From assembly GCA_024398075.1 (NCBI GenBank), contig JAKSJM010000006.1:1607-65606 (forward strand): a stretch of DNA of 64,000 nt, given 5' to 3'. The notes under the pieces are model-generated. The model was given only the letters and a program-made list of their open reading frames with translations. It did not search any database and had not been told where the DNA came from. Positions within the stretch are counted from its first letter, which is position 1, and each line of letters opens with the position of its first letter. Origin of the DNA: Bacteroidales bacterium. Lineage in GTDB: Bacteria; Bacteroidota; Bacteroidia; Bacteroidales; UBA932. Below are positions 1-9,683 of this stretch, in pieces. The position numbers and the translations under genes were made by a program.

Positions 1-918
<918 letters not shown>

Positions 919-959
919 AATTATATTGTTTTTTATATTTTCCAATTGAATCAAATGTT

Positions 960-1000
960 GACAATGAACATGCCATCTCCCCTTTTCTGCCAAATTGTCA
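960..1000 (-). promoter_or_regulatory. Putative sigma54-like -24/-12 promoter (TGGCATG-N4-TTGT) plus an upstream imperfect TGACA-N4-GGCA box for groES-groEL
   Basis: Minus strand reads TGACAATTTGGCAG (1000-987) ... TGGCATGTTCATTGTC (975-960), versus the sigma54 consensus TGGCACG-N4-TTGC. No CIRCE element is visible. Confidence 0.45.
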
Positions 1001-1528
1001 CATGCGGGAGCGTAGGTGCCAAAGAATGACACCCACTGACACAGAAACATTGAGAGAATGCTTGGATCCCCACTGCGGGATTTCAAGTGCGAAATCCGCG
1101 GCATCCACCACATCCTGGCGGACACCATCCACTTCATTGCCAAATACCAAGGCATAGCGTCCACCACGCTCTGGCACAAACGCATCCAGCTTTCTGGAGT
1201 TTACGGTCTGTTCCACTGCCACAATGGTATAGCCCTCCGCGCGCAGCGCCTCTATGGCGTCCATAGTGTCATCCCAATGCTGCCAAGGCACGCTATCCTC
1301 CGCACCAAGCGCCGATTTATGTATCTCGGCAGAAGGCGGAACAGCACAGATGCCACACAGGCACACCCTGTCAATTTTGAATGAATCTGAAGTGCGGAAG
1401 GCGGAGCCCACATTATGCGCACTTCTAATATTGTCTAAAACGACCACGAGCCCCGATGGAGGGAGCTCGCGATACGCTTCGGCAGTCACTCTGCCGAGTT
1501 CTATATTAAGTAGCTTTCTGTCTTTCAC
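998..1528 (-). CDS. TrmH/SpoU-family RNA 2'-O-methyltransferase
   Basis: SPOUT motifs [43 protein letters not shown]. Confidence 0.92.
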   Translation of the reverse strand: MKDRKLLNIELGRVTAEAYRELPPSGLVVVLDNIRSAHNVGSAFRTSDSFKIDRVCLCGICAVPPSAEIHKSALGAEDSVPWQHWDDTMDAIEALRAEGYTIVAVEQTVNSRKLDAFVPERGGRYALVFGNEVDGVRQDVVDAADFALEIPQWGSKHSLNVSVSVGVILWHLRSRM

Positions 1529-1530
1529 GA

Positions 1531-2883
1531 CTAATACTTATTCAGAGGATAGCCAGCAGTCATCATGTGAACCTTGTTCCTGATGTCTGTAAGCACTGAG
1601 TTATGCTCCTTGAGGGATGCGTCCTGCTCAACTGTAAGCTCTGTACCAGCCTTGAGAGTGAGGACCTCGATGTGAGCCGCGCATGAAGAAAGCACAGTGT
1701 CAATCATTTCCACGATGTCTACCATATCCTTCTCCTTGAAGCCACGTGATGTAACGGCTGGAGTACCGATACGGAATCCTGAAGTCTGGAATGCAGAACG
1801 TGTATCGAAAGGAACCATGTTCTTGTTCAAGGTTATGTCTGCCTTCTCAAGTTCCTTCTCTGCCACACGGCCACTCACCTCAGCGAACTTGGTGCGAAGA
1901 TCAATGAGCATCAAGTGGTTATCAGTACCGCCAGAAACTACCTTATAACCCTTCTCAAGGAAAGCAGAGCACATAGCCTGTGCGTTTGCAATAACCTGCT
2001 TCTGGTAATCCACGTACTCAGGCTGAAGTGCCTCATAGAACGCAACTGCCTTTGCAGCGATCACATGCTCGAGCGGACCACCCTGAACGCCAGGGAATAC
2101 GCTGCTGTCGAGCATCTGGCTCATCTTCTTCACCACGCCCTTAGGAGTGGTAACGCCCCATGGGTTGTCGAAGTCCTTGCCGAGGAGGATGATACCTCCA
2201 CGAGGTCCACGAAGTGTCTTATGGGTAGTAGAAGTAACAATGTGTGCGTACTTTACAGGGTTCTTCAAAAGGCCTGCGGCAATGAGTCCGGCAGTGTGAG
2301 CCATATCAATCCAAAGGATAGCGCCCACCTCATCTGCGATCTTTCTCATTCTCTCGTAGTCCCACTCCCTTGAGTAAGCAGAAGCGCCACCAATGATGAG
2401 CTTAGGTTTGCACTCACGAGCCTTCTTCTCCATGTCATCATAGTCGATAAGACCAGTATTCTGGTCAAGGCCATAAGCAACAGCATTGTAAAGAATACCA
2501 GAGGCATTTACTGGTGAACCGTGAGTAAGGTGACCGCCCTGTGAGAGGTCAAGTCCCATGAAAGTGTCGCCTGGCTTAAGGCATGTCATGATGACTGCCA
2601 TGTTTGCCTGCGCGCCTGAATGAGGCTGAACGTTTGCCCACTCTGCATCATAAAGCTTGCAGAGGCGCTCTATGGCGATAGACTCGATCTGGTCCACTAC
2701 TCCACAGCCACCATAATATCTCTTGCCTGGATAACCCTCTGCATACTTGTTTGTGCAGACTGAACCCATAGCCTCCATAACATAGTTACTAACATAGTTC
2801 TCAGAAGCGATAAGCTCGAGACCTGACGACTGTCTTTCCTTTTCTTTTTTGATCAGATCGAAAATCTGAAGATCCTGTTTCAT
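1531..2883 (-). CDS. glyA: Serine hydroxymethyltransferase
   Basis: [38 protein letters not shown]-lysine motif [14 protein letters not shown]. Confidence 0.99.
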   Translation of the reverse strand: MKQDLQIFDLIKKEKERQSSGLELIASENYVSNYVMEAMGSVCTNKYAEGYPGKRYYGGCGVVDQIESIAIERLCKLYDAEWANVQPHSGAQANMAVIMTCLKPGDTFMGLDLSQGGHLTHGSPVNASGILYNAVAYGLDQNTGLIDYDDMEKKARECKPKLIIGGASAYSREWDYERMRKIADEVGAILWIDMAHTAGLIAAGLLKNPVKYAHIVTSTTHKTLRGPRGGIILLGKDFDNPWGVTTPKGVVKKMSQMLDSSVFPGVQGGPLEHVIAAKAVAFYEALQPEYVDYQKQVIANAQAMCSAFLEKGYKVVSGGTDNHLMLIDLRTKFAEVSGRVAEKELEKADITLNKNMVPFDTRSAFQTSGFRIGTPAVTSRGFKEKDMVDIVEMIDTVLSSCAAHIEVLTLKAGTELTVEQDASLKEHNSVLTDIRNKVHMMTAGYPLNKY

Positions 2884-2907
2884 ACTTGTTCGTTTTGTTT
2901 AGAACAA

Positions 2908-2915
2908 CAAATTTA
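2908..2915 (-). promoter_or_regulatory. Bacteroidetes housekeeping -7 box (TAAATTTG) for glyA-trmH
   Basis: Exact TAnnTTTG match 24 nt upstream of the glyA ATG, just downstream of the ppdK terminator. Confidence 0.7.
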
Positions 2916-2934
2916 GAAAAAATAACCAAAACAC

Positions 2935-2967
2935 AAAAAGAAAAGCCTCCTTTATCAGGAGGCCTTT
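2935..2967 (-). terminator. Rho-independent terminator after ppdK
   Basis: Stem GCCTCCT/AGGAGGC (2945-2951/2957-2963) followed on the minus strand by TTTTCTTTTT. Confidence 0.8.
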
Positions 2968-2987
2968 CAATTATGTTCGACTATAAA

Positions 2988-5717
2988 CTAGAGATTGTTC
3001 TGTCTGATGTTTGCCTGAGCTGCTGAAAGTCTAGCGATTGGAACGCGGAATGGAGAGCAGCTGACGTAGTCAAGACCGATGCGGTTGAAGAAGTTGATAG
3101 AATCAGGATCTCCACCATGCTCACCGCAGATACCGCACATGAGCTCTGGTCTCTTAGAACGTCCACCCTGGATACCGAGCTCAACGAGCTTGCCGACAGC
3201 CTTGGTATCGATGGTCTGGAATGGATCTGCATCGAGGATCTTGTTTCCGAGATAGTCACCCATGAAGGTACCTACATCGTCACGAGAGAAGCCGAAGGTC
3301 ATCTGGGTAAGGTCGTTTGTACCGAATGAGAAGAACTCTGCGGTACGAGCCATACGATCAGCGGTAAGAGCCGCACGTGGGATCTCGATCATGGTACCGA
3401 AGTGGTATGCGATAGATACGCCATACTGTCCCTCGATCTCAGCCTTGATACGATCGCAGATAGCCTTCTGGAAGCTAAGCTCACGAGCTGAAACAGTAAC
3501 AGGGATCATGATCTCTGGCATAGGGTTAAGACCCTCACCGATAAGCTCTGCAGTAGCAGTGAAGATAGCTCTGTACTGAGTCTCAGCGATGAATGGATAG
3601 GTTACGTGGAGACGTACACCACGGAGACCCATCATAGGGTTAACCTCGTGGAGGCCCTCGCCTCTCTTGTCGATCTCATCGATAGAGATGCCAAGTTCCT
3701 TAGCGAGCTCTGCCTTCTTGTCGTCTGACTTAGGAACGAACTCGTGGAGAGGTGGGTCGAGGAGACGGAATACAACTGGCTTGGCATCCATGATGCGGAG
3801 TGTGCTCTTGACAGCAGCCTTGATGAAAGGCTCGAGCTCTGACAGAGCTGCTCTTCTCTCGTCGTCTGTGTCGCAAAGGATCATCTTACGGAGCTTTGCA
3901 AGAGGTGTCTCAGAGTTCTTTCCGTAGAACATGTGCTCGATACGGAAAAGACCGATACCCTCAGCGCCGAATGAAAGTGCCTTGGCAGCATCTTCTGGAG
4001 TATCTGCGTTTGTGCGGATACCGAGCTTGCGGTACTTGTCAACGATGCTCATGAAGTTGATGAAGAGTGGGTTCTCAGAAGCGTCCATGGTGTCTATCTT
4101 GGTCGCATAAACTGCTCCCTTGGCACCATTGAGGCTGAGCCAATCGCCCTCCTTATATACAACTGGGCTGTCGCCGAATGAAACAGTCTTAGCCTCAAGG
4201 TTGATCTTCATAGCCTCGCAACCTACTACGCAGCACTTACCCCAACCACGAGCTACGAGAGCAGCGTGAGAGGTCATACCACCACGTGTGGTGAGGATAC
4301 CTGCAGAAGCGCGCATACCCTCGATATCCTCTGGAGAGGTCTCCTCACGGATAAGGATGGTCTTCTTGCCAAGCTTAGCGGCCTCCATAGCTGCCTCAGA
4401 GGTGAATACGATGGTACCAACAGCTCCACCTGGAGATGCAGGAAGACCGGTAGCCACCTTCTCAGCCTTCTTCTCAGAAGCTGGGTCAAGGATAGGATGG
4501 AGAATCTCGTCGAGCTGTGCAGGAGAAACTCTCATGATAGCAGTCTTCTCATCGATCATACCCTCCTGGAGCATGTCCATAGCCATCTGGAGAGCAGCGA
4601 GACCGGTACGCTTACCGATACGGCACTGGAGCATCCAGAGGTGACCCTCCTGAATGGTGAACTCAATGTCCTGCATATCGTGGAAGTGCTTCTCGAGGTT
4701 TGAACGAACCTCGTCAAGCTCTGCATATACTTCTGGCATAGCTACCTCGAGTGACTTGAGGTCCTTGTTATGCTCATTCTTTGTAGCCTCGTTAAGAGGG
4801 TTAGGAGTACGGATACCTGCTACAACGTCCTCACCCTGAGCATTGATAAGCCACTCACCGTAGAACTTGTTGTCACCGTTTGCTGGGTTACGAGAGAAAG
4901 CCACACCGGTAGCTGAATTCTCACCCATGTTTCCGAATACCATTGACTGTACGTTCACTGCTGTACCCCAGTCATCTGGAATCTTCTCGATACGACGATA
5001 AGCGATAGCGCGCTTTCCGTTCCATGACTTGAACACGCCACCGATTGAACCCCAAAGCTGAGCCTCAGCGGTATCAGGGAACTCAACTCCGAGTACCTCC
5101 TTAACCTTAGCCTTGAACTGCTCGCAGAGAGCCTCAAGCTCCTCAGCGGTGATGTCGGTATCTGACTTGTAGCCCTTAGCCTCCTTGAGATCAGACATCA
5201 TGCGATCGAGCTGCTGACGGATAGCCTTGCCATCCTCTGGCTCGATACCCTCAGCCTTCTCCATAACGACGTCAGAATACATCATGATGAGACGTCTATA
5301 TGAATCGTATACGAAACGTGGATTTCCTGTCTTCTTGATCATACCAGGGATGGTAGCAGAGCAAAGACCGATATTGAGGATGGTATCCATCATACCAGGC
5401 ATTGAGCTTCTTGCACCAGAACGGCAGCTTACGAGAAGCGGATTCTCAGGATCGCCGAACTTCTTACCCATGATAGCCTCTGTAGCCTCGAGTGCAGCAG
5501 CGACATCTCTTCTAAGAGCGTCGGTATAGCCACCGCCGAGCTCATAGTACTCAGCACAGCACTCTGTAGTAATGGTAAAGCCTGCAGGAACAGGCATGCC
5601 GAGACGACTCATCTCAGCGAGATTCGCTCCCTTTCCACCGAGGAGCTCTCTCATAGCGCCATCGCCCTCGGCATTCCTTCCGCCGAAACGATAGACTCTC
5701 TTCTTGTTCTCAAACAT
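2988..5717 (-). CDS. ppdK: Pyruvate, phosphate dikinase
   Basis: LLGGKGANLAEM, PLLVSCRSGA..SMPGMMDT, phospho-His motif GGMTSHAALVARG, EFFSFGTNDLTQ, GICGEHGGDP. Confidence 0.99.
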   Translation of the reverse strand: MFENKKRVYRFGGRNAEGDGAMRELLGGKGANLAEMSRLGMPVPAGFTITTECCAEYYELGGGYTDALRRDVAAALEATEAIMGKKFGDPENPLLVSCRSGARSSMPGMMDTILNIGLCSATIPGMIKKTGNPRFVYDSYRRLIMMYSDVVMEKAEGIEPEDGKAIRQQLDRMMSDLKEAKGYKSDTDITAEELEALCEQFKAKVKEVLGVEFPDTAEAQLWGSIGGVFKSWNGKRAIAYRRIEKIPDDWGTAVNVQSMVFGNMGENSATGVAFSRNPANGDNKFYGEWLINAQGEDVVAGIRTPNPLNEATKNEHNKDLKSLEVAMPEVYAELDEVRSNLEKHFHDMQDIEFTIQEGHLWMLQCRIGKRTGLAALQMAMDMLQEGMIDEKTAIMRVSPAQLDEILHPILDPASEKKAEKVATGLPASPGGAVGTIVFTSEAAMEAAKLGKKTILIREETSPEDIEGMRASAGILTTRGGMTSHAALVARGWGKCCVVGCEAMKINLEAKTVSFGDSPVVYKEGDWLSLNGAKGAVYATKIDTMDASENPLFINFMSIVDKYRKLGIRTNADTPEDAAKALSFGAEGIGLFRIEHMFYGKNSETPLAKLRKMILCDTDDERRAALSELEPFIKAAVKSTLRIMDAKPVVFRLLDPPLHEFVPKSDDKKAELAKELGISIDEIDKRGEGLHEVNPMMGLRGVRLHVTYPFIAETQYRAIFTATAELIGEGLNPMPEIMIPVTVSARELSFQKAICDRIKAEIEGQYGVSIAYHFGTMIEIPRAALTADRMARTAEFFSFGTNDLTQMTFGFSRDDVGTFMGDYLGNKILDADPFQTIDTKAVGKLVELGIQGGRSKRPELMCGICGEHGGDPDSINFFNRIGLDYVSCSPFRVPIARLSAAQANIRQNNL

Positions 5718-5749
5718 ATTATATTTGTTTCAAATGGTTATCAAAACTG

Positions 5750-5757
5750 CAAATTTA
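5750..5757 (-). promoter_or_regulatory. -7 box (TAAATTTG) for ppdK
   Basis: Exact TAnnTTTG match followed by CAG, 32 nt upstream of the ATG. Confidence 0.7.
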
Positions 5758-5809
5758 ATACAAAAAAACGGCACTTTAAAAAAAACTTTAAGAACTACAC
5801 ATCAGGAGG

Positions 5810-7153
5810 TTACAAAAGTTTCGCAGCCACCTCAGACAGTTCGCTTCTCTCGCCCTTGCGAAGGAATATGTGCTGGAACAGCTTCTGTCCATCCATCTTC
5901 TCTCCGAGATGGGTAAGACCATTTGACCACTGGTCCAAATATGGCTGGTCGATCTGGAACACATCGCCTGTGAAAACCATCTTTGTGCCCTCACCGGCCC
6001 TGGTAATGATGGTCTTGATCTCATGAGGAGTAAGGTTCTGCGCCTCATCGATGATAAAGAATGCCTTTCCAAGACTCCTTCCACGGATATACGCAAGCGG
6101 AGAAATGACGAGCTTCTCGTCCTTGAGAAGCGAGTCAATCTTGAGCGCCTCCTTCGACGAAGGACGGAACTGCGCCTTTATGACATTCAGATTATCCATC
6201 AAAGGCTGCAGATACGGACTCATCTTGGTCTTCTGATCTCCTGGAAGGAAACCAATGTCCTGGTTTCCGAGGATGACTGCAGGACGCGAGAGAATGATCT
6301 GGTCATAATCCTTCTCCTGAGCAAGCGCGGCAGCGAGTGCAACGAGCGTCTTTCCGGTGCCTGCGCCTCCAGTGAGCGACACCAGAGGGACATTTGGGTT
6401 CAGGCAGGCATCGATGGCAAACTTCTGCTCTTCATTCCTTGGACGGATGCCATAGGCCTCCTTCGTCCTCACGAGCACTATCTTGCCTCTCTGCTCATCG
6501 AAGCGCGCACACACTGTTTCCTTTGACTCTGCCCCAGGCCAACCGAACTTGAAGAGCTGGTTCGCCTTCGGCTTCTTGTCCATGGCTTCGTGCCAATCAA
6601 TACAGTTCTCCGGTCCGTAGCAGAGTTCCTGAAGCGCCTCGCCACGCAATGTCTTGAATATCACCTCTTTCTGGGTATTCTCAAGTCTATCCTCCTGGAC
6701 GCGGTCCGTCAAATAATCCTGAGCCTCCATGCCCGCAGCCTTGGACTTAAGCCTAAGGTTGATGTCCTTGGTCACTAGAGCCACGAACTTGTCTGGATTA
6801 TGGTCACGAACCCAAATGGCGGTCGCCAGGATACGGTGGTCCTGGATATCGTCACGGAACAGGTCCGTCATGCTTTCCGGAAACGGATGATTTGGCTCTA
6901 TCTTTATGAATCCCAGATTCTTCCCTAGTGGAACTCCACGCTTGTCAAACATCTTCCCTTCGGTAAGCTTGTTTATCTCACGCATGAAACCACGGGCATT
7001 GAATGAGAGGGCATCATTGCCCTTCTTGAACTTGTCAAGCTCCTCAACGACAGCTATCGGGATGACGATATCATTGTCCTGGAACTTCTTGATAGAGCGA
7101 AAATCGTGAAGGACAATGTTTGTGTCCAACACGAAGATTTTCTGTTTTTTCAT
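5810..7153 (-). CDS. PIN-domain/PhoH-family ATPase (PhoH2/YlaK-like)
   Basis: N-terminal PIN (FVLDTN, VVEELD, DHRIL, VTKDINLR) fused to a PhoH ATPase (GGAGTGKT, IGFLPGD, YIRGRSL, IIDEAQN, TGDVFQID). Confidence 0.93.
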   Translation of the reverse strand: MKKQKIFVLDTNIVLHDFRSIKKFQDNDIVIPIAVVEELDKFKKGNDALSFNARGFMREINKLTEGKMFDKRGVPLGKNLGFIKIEPNHPFPESMTDLFRDDIQDHRILATAIWVRDHNPDKFVALVTKDINLRLKSKAAGMEAQDYLTDRVQEDRLENTQKEVIFKTLRGEALQELCYGPENCIDWHEAMDKKPKANQLFKFGWPGAESKETVCARFDEQRGKIVLVRTKEAYGIRPRNEEQKFAIDACLNPNVPLVSLTGGAGTGKTLVALAAALAQEKDYDQIILSRPAVILGNQDIGFLPGDQKTKMSPYLQPLMDNLNVIKAQFRPSSKEALKIDSLLKDEKLVISPLAYIRGRSLGKAFFIIDEAQNLTPHEIKTIITRAGEGTKMVFTGDVFQIDQPYLDQWSNGLTHLGEKMDGQKLFQHIFLRKGERSELSEVAAKLL

Positions 7154-7164
7154 ATATTATGTGG

Positions 7165-8295
7165 TCAATCCTCGCCCTCGGAGCTCTGGCTCCTGATGAG
7201 CGACTCTAAAATTCCCTTGATGCCGGTGCGCGCCGAACTCGCCACGGAGATCGATGCGTCACCTACCTTCGGATGTCCTAATGGGAAGTAGGCAACATCC
7301 TGCAGCAGCAACTCTGCGTCGACATAGTCATAGTCGATGTCAGCAATCTGAATGAGCACTCCTGGCACCTCAGAGAAAAGCAGCCTTACGACATCCTTTT
7401 CACCACGGGCAGATGCGAGCTCTCCCAGGTCAATGTCTATGCCGTGCTTTTCCGCCATGCCCAGAAGTGCGGTCATAAGGCCGCCTTCGCCCACCGACGC
7501 GCCCGAAATCACCACGCCATCCTCCACCAGTTCGCGAACGACTTCGTAGCAATCGATGAAGTAATCCGCATCAATGATGCGTGGTGCGGCGTCTGAGTGG
7601 ATGCTCTCGACCTCCGAGAGTCGTGAGCCACCAAGCCTGAAATCACAGTCGTCAAATGGGATGAAGATAATCCAGTCGGAAGGCCGTCCCTGAATGACAG
7701 ACGGACATGCGCGAACGCGTCCAATGCGAAGAGAATAAGGGTCTTCCTCCTCCATCTCATCATCCTCAACCGAAGGTTCTGCGAGTACAGGCTTAACTTC
7801 CAGCGAAGCCATCTCGGAAGATCTGTACGTCCACGAGCGGAGCTTGAGTCCGAGGCTATCGACGTAGTCAGCCGCTGCAGAGACTGCAGCATAGAACGAA
7901 GCGTGATCGCCAAGAGCATCTTCAGGCCAACGCCAGTCAAGCTTAAGCAGAAGGTCCTGCAAGGTGAAATGGCCCCTGCGCCAGATGATGTCTATCAAGG
8001 CAGATGCGATGGCCGACTTCGCCGTAAGTTCAGGAAAGCTCTTCGCCGTGCTGCGTGGTGAGCCAATGCGCTCTCGCACTTTCGAGGCGTAATCCACTAC
8101 CATGGAAGGATCGGCTACTCTATCGTTGAACGACGGATCCAAAGTCTCATCCACTATAGGCTCCCACACTTCGCTGGAGGCAGACGACTGGCCAGGATCC
8201 TGAAGACATGAGTCCAGGATGCGCGCTGGAGTCAGCTCCTGCGCCACACCATCAAGTGTGTATGTCGAGAATTTGGCTGATATCTTCTTTTTCAT
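7165..8295 (-). CDS. Stand-alone, degenerate PurL/AIR-synthase-like domain protein
   Basis: Segments resembling the second AIRS/AIRS_C region of large PurL (ALIDIIW, DWRWP..., FRLGGS, VGEGGLMTALLGMA, LFSEVPGVLIQ). No glutaminase domain and no GKDS motif. Confidence 0.6.
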   Translation of the reverse strand: MKKKISAKFSTYTLDGVAQELTPARILDSCLQDPGQSSASSEVWEPIVDETLDPSFNDRVADPSMVVDYASKVRERIGSPRSTAKSFPELTAKSAIASALIDIIWRRGHFTLQDLLLKLDWRWPEDALGDHASFYAAVSAAADYVDSLGLKLRSWTYRSSEMASLEVKPVLAEPSVEDDEMEEEDPYSLRIGRVRACPSVIQGRPSDWIIFIPFDDCDFRLGGSRLSEVESIHSDAAPRIIDADYFIDCYEVVRELVEDGVVISGASVGEGGLMTALLGMAEKHGIDIDLGELASARGEKDVVRLLFSEVPGVLIQIADIDYDYVDAELLLQDVAYFPLGHPKVGDASISVASSARTGIKGILESLIRSQSSEGED

Positions 8296-8341
8296 GTCGC
8301 GACTAAGTTAGCATAAATTCGCAATAATGTCAAAAAATGAT

Positions 8342-8349
8342 TATATTTG
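8342..8349 (+). promoter_or_regulatory. -7 box (TATATTTG) for the folC-A2M operon
   Basis: Exact TAnnTTTG match; implies the folC start is ATG 8373/8376 rather than 8337. Confidence 0.55.
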
Positions 8350-8372
8350 ATTTTGTAGTTTATCAACTGAAG

Positions 8373-9671
8373 ATGATGTTTGACGAGTCAGCATACGAAA
8401 AAAAGATAGAAGCACTGTTCGTAAGGTTTCCTTCCGTTCAGAAAACCGGCTTTGGCGATGCTTACAAGCCAGGTCTGGAAAACATGTTCCGTTTCGACGA
8501 GGCCCTTGGGTGTCCATCAAAGTCATTCAGGACCATCCACGTAGCAGGAACGAACGGAAAGGGGTCAGTATCGAACATGCTCGCATCTGCACTGAGCGCG
8601 AAGGGGATGAAAGTGGGACTTTACACCTCTCCACACCTCCTAGACTTCAGGGAGAGAATGATTGTATCTGGAGAAGGAATGATCACAAAGGAAGGCGTGT
8701 GGAATTTTCTGGAAAGATATGAGAGTATCTGCGATGAAATGAACCTGTCCTTCTTCGAGATCACCACAGGCATGGCATTCGACTGGTTCAGGCAGCGCGG
8801 AGTGGATGTGGCAGTGATAGAGGTCGGCCTTGGGGGCCGCCTCGACAGCACGAACATCATCACGCCGGAACTAAGCGTGGTCACGAGCATTGGACTTGAC
8901 CACTGCGCCATGCTGGGAGACACCAGGGAGGCCATAGCCGGCGAGAAGGCCGGCATCTTCAAGTCTGGGGTACCTGCGGTAGTGGGCACCTGGGATGAGG
9001 AGACGGCGCCAGTTTTCGAGCAGAAGGCTGCCGAGGCGCAGTCTCCGCTGGTCTTCGCCGACCGCGAGGAGCCTGCTCTGTGGGAGCGCTCGGAGGAGAT
9101 TCTCGCCGCCATGGACCTGCAGGGTCCCTGCCAGCGCGAGAATCTACGCACCGCGCTCGTAGCACTCGAGAGCATTGGCTTAAAACCCGATGAGCAGATC
9201 GAGGAGGCCATCATCCACACAGCGAAGCGCATGGACTTCCATGGAAGGTGGGAGATGCTGTCTCGCGAGCCGGATGTGATCTGCGACATCGGACACAACC
9301 CACCTGCACTGAAGGTGAACTTCGCCCGACTGGAGCAGTATCTCACCGACGGCATTTACGACGAGCTCATCATGGTATATGGCGTCATGGCCGACAAGGA
9401 CCTTGATGGTATCATCCCAATGATGCCGAAAAAAGCCAGCTACATCTTCGTCACTCCCGACACCAGAAGGGCGATGCCTGCCGAGCAGATACTCAGCACA
9501 GTGAGCAAGGCCATGCCTCATCACGTAAGCCTTACGCTTGGCGGCGCAGTCCAGGAAGGAGTAAGAATCGCGCTCTCACGCGCCCAGAAGGCGCTTTCAG
9601 AAGGAAGGAAAACATTGATATATATAGGTGGCAGTACTTTTGTAGTATGTGAAGCCATCACTATTTTCTAA
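8373..9671 (+). CDS. folC: Folylpolyglutamate/dihydrofolate synthase
   Basis: IHVAGTNGKGS, GLYTSPHL, EVGLGGRLDSTN, IGLDH..LG, EKAGIFK, GRWE, DIGHN. Confidence 0.96.
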   Translation: MMFDESAYEKKIEALFVRFPSVQKTGFGDAYKPGLENMFRFDEALGCPSKSFRTIHVAGTNGKGSVSNMLASALSAKGMKVGLYTSPHLLDFRERMIVSGEGMITKEGVWNFLERYESICDEMNLSFFEITTGMAFDWFRQRGVDVAVIEVGLGGRLDSTNIITPELSVVTSIGLDHCAMLGDTREAIAGEKAGIFKSGVPAVVGTWDEETAPVFEQKAAEAQSPLVFADREEPALWERSEEILAAMDLQGPCQRENLRTALVALESIGLKPDEQIEEAIIHTAKRMDFHGRWEMLSREPDVICDIGHNPPALKVNFARLEQYLTDGIYDELIMVYGVMADKDLDGIIPMMPKKASYIFVTPDTRRAMPAEQILSTVSKAMPHHVSLTLGGAVQEGVRIALSRAQKALSEGRKTLIYIGGSTFVVCEAITIF

Positions 9672-9683
9672 CACCACTTGATT

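Noticed and set aside
919-1185. 89-aa N-terminal extension of GroES in the ORF track
   Set aside because: It overlaps the TrmH gene in another frame and the promoter region; the GroES fold begins at ATG 918.
5810-8295. PIN-PhoH as toxin of a toxin-antitoxin pair
   Set aside because: No small antitoxin-like ORF precedes it; the upstream gene is 376 aa and PurL-like, only 11 nt away.
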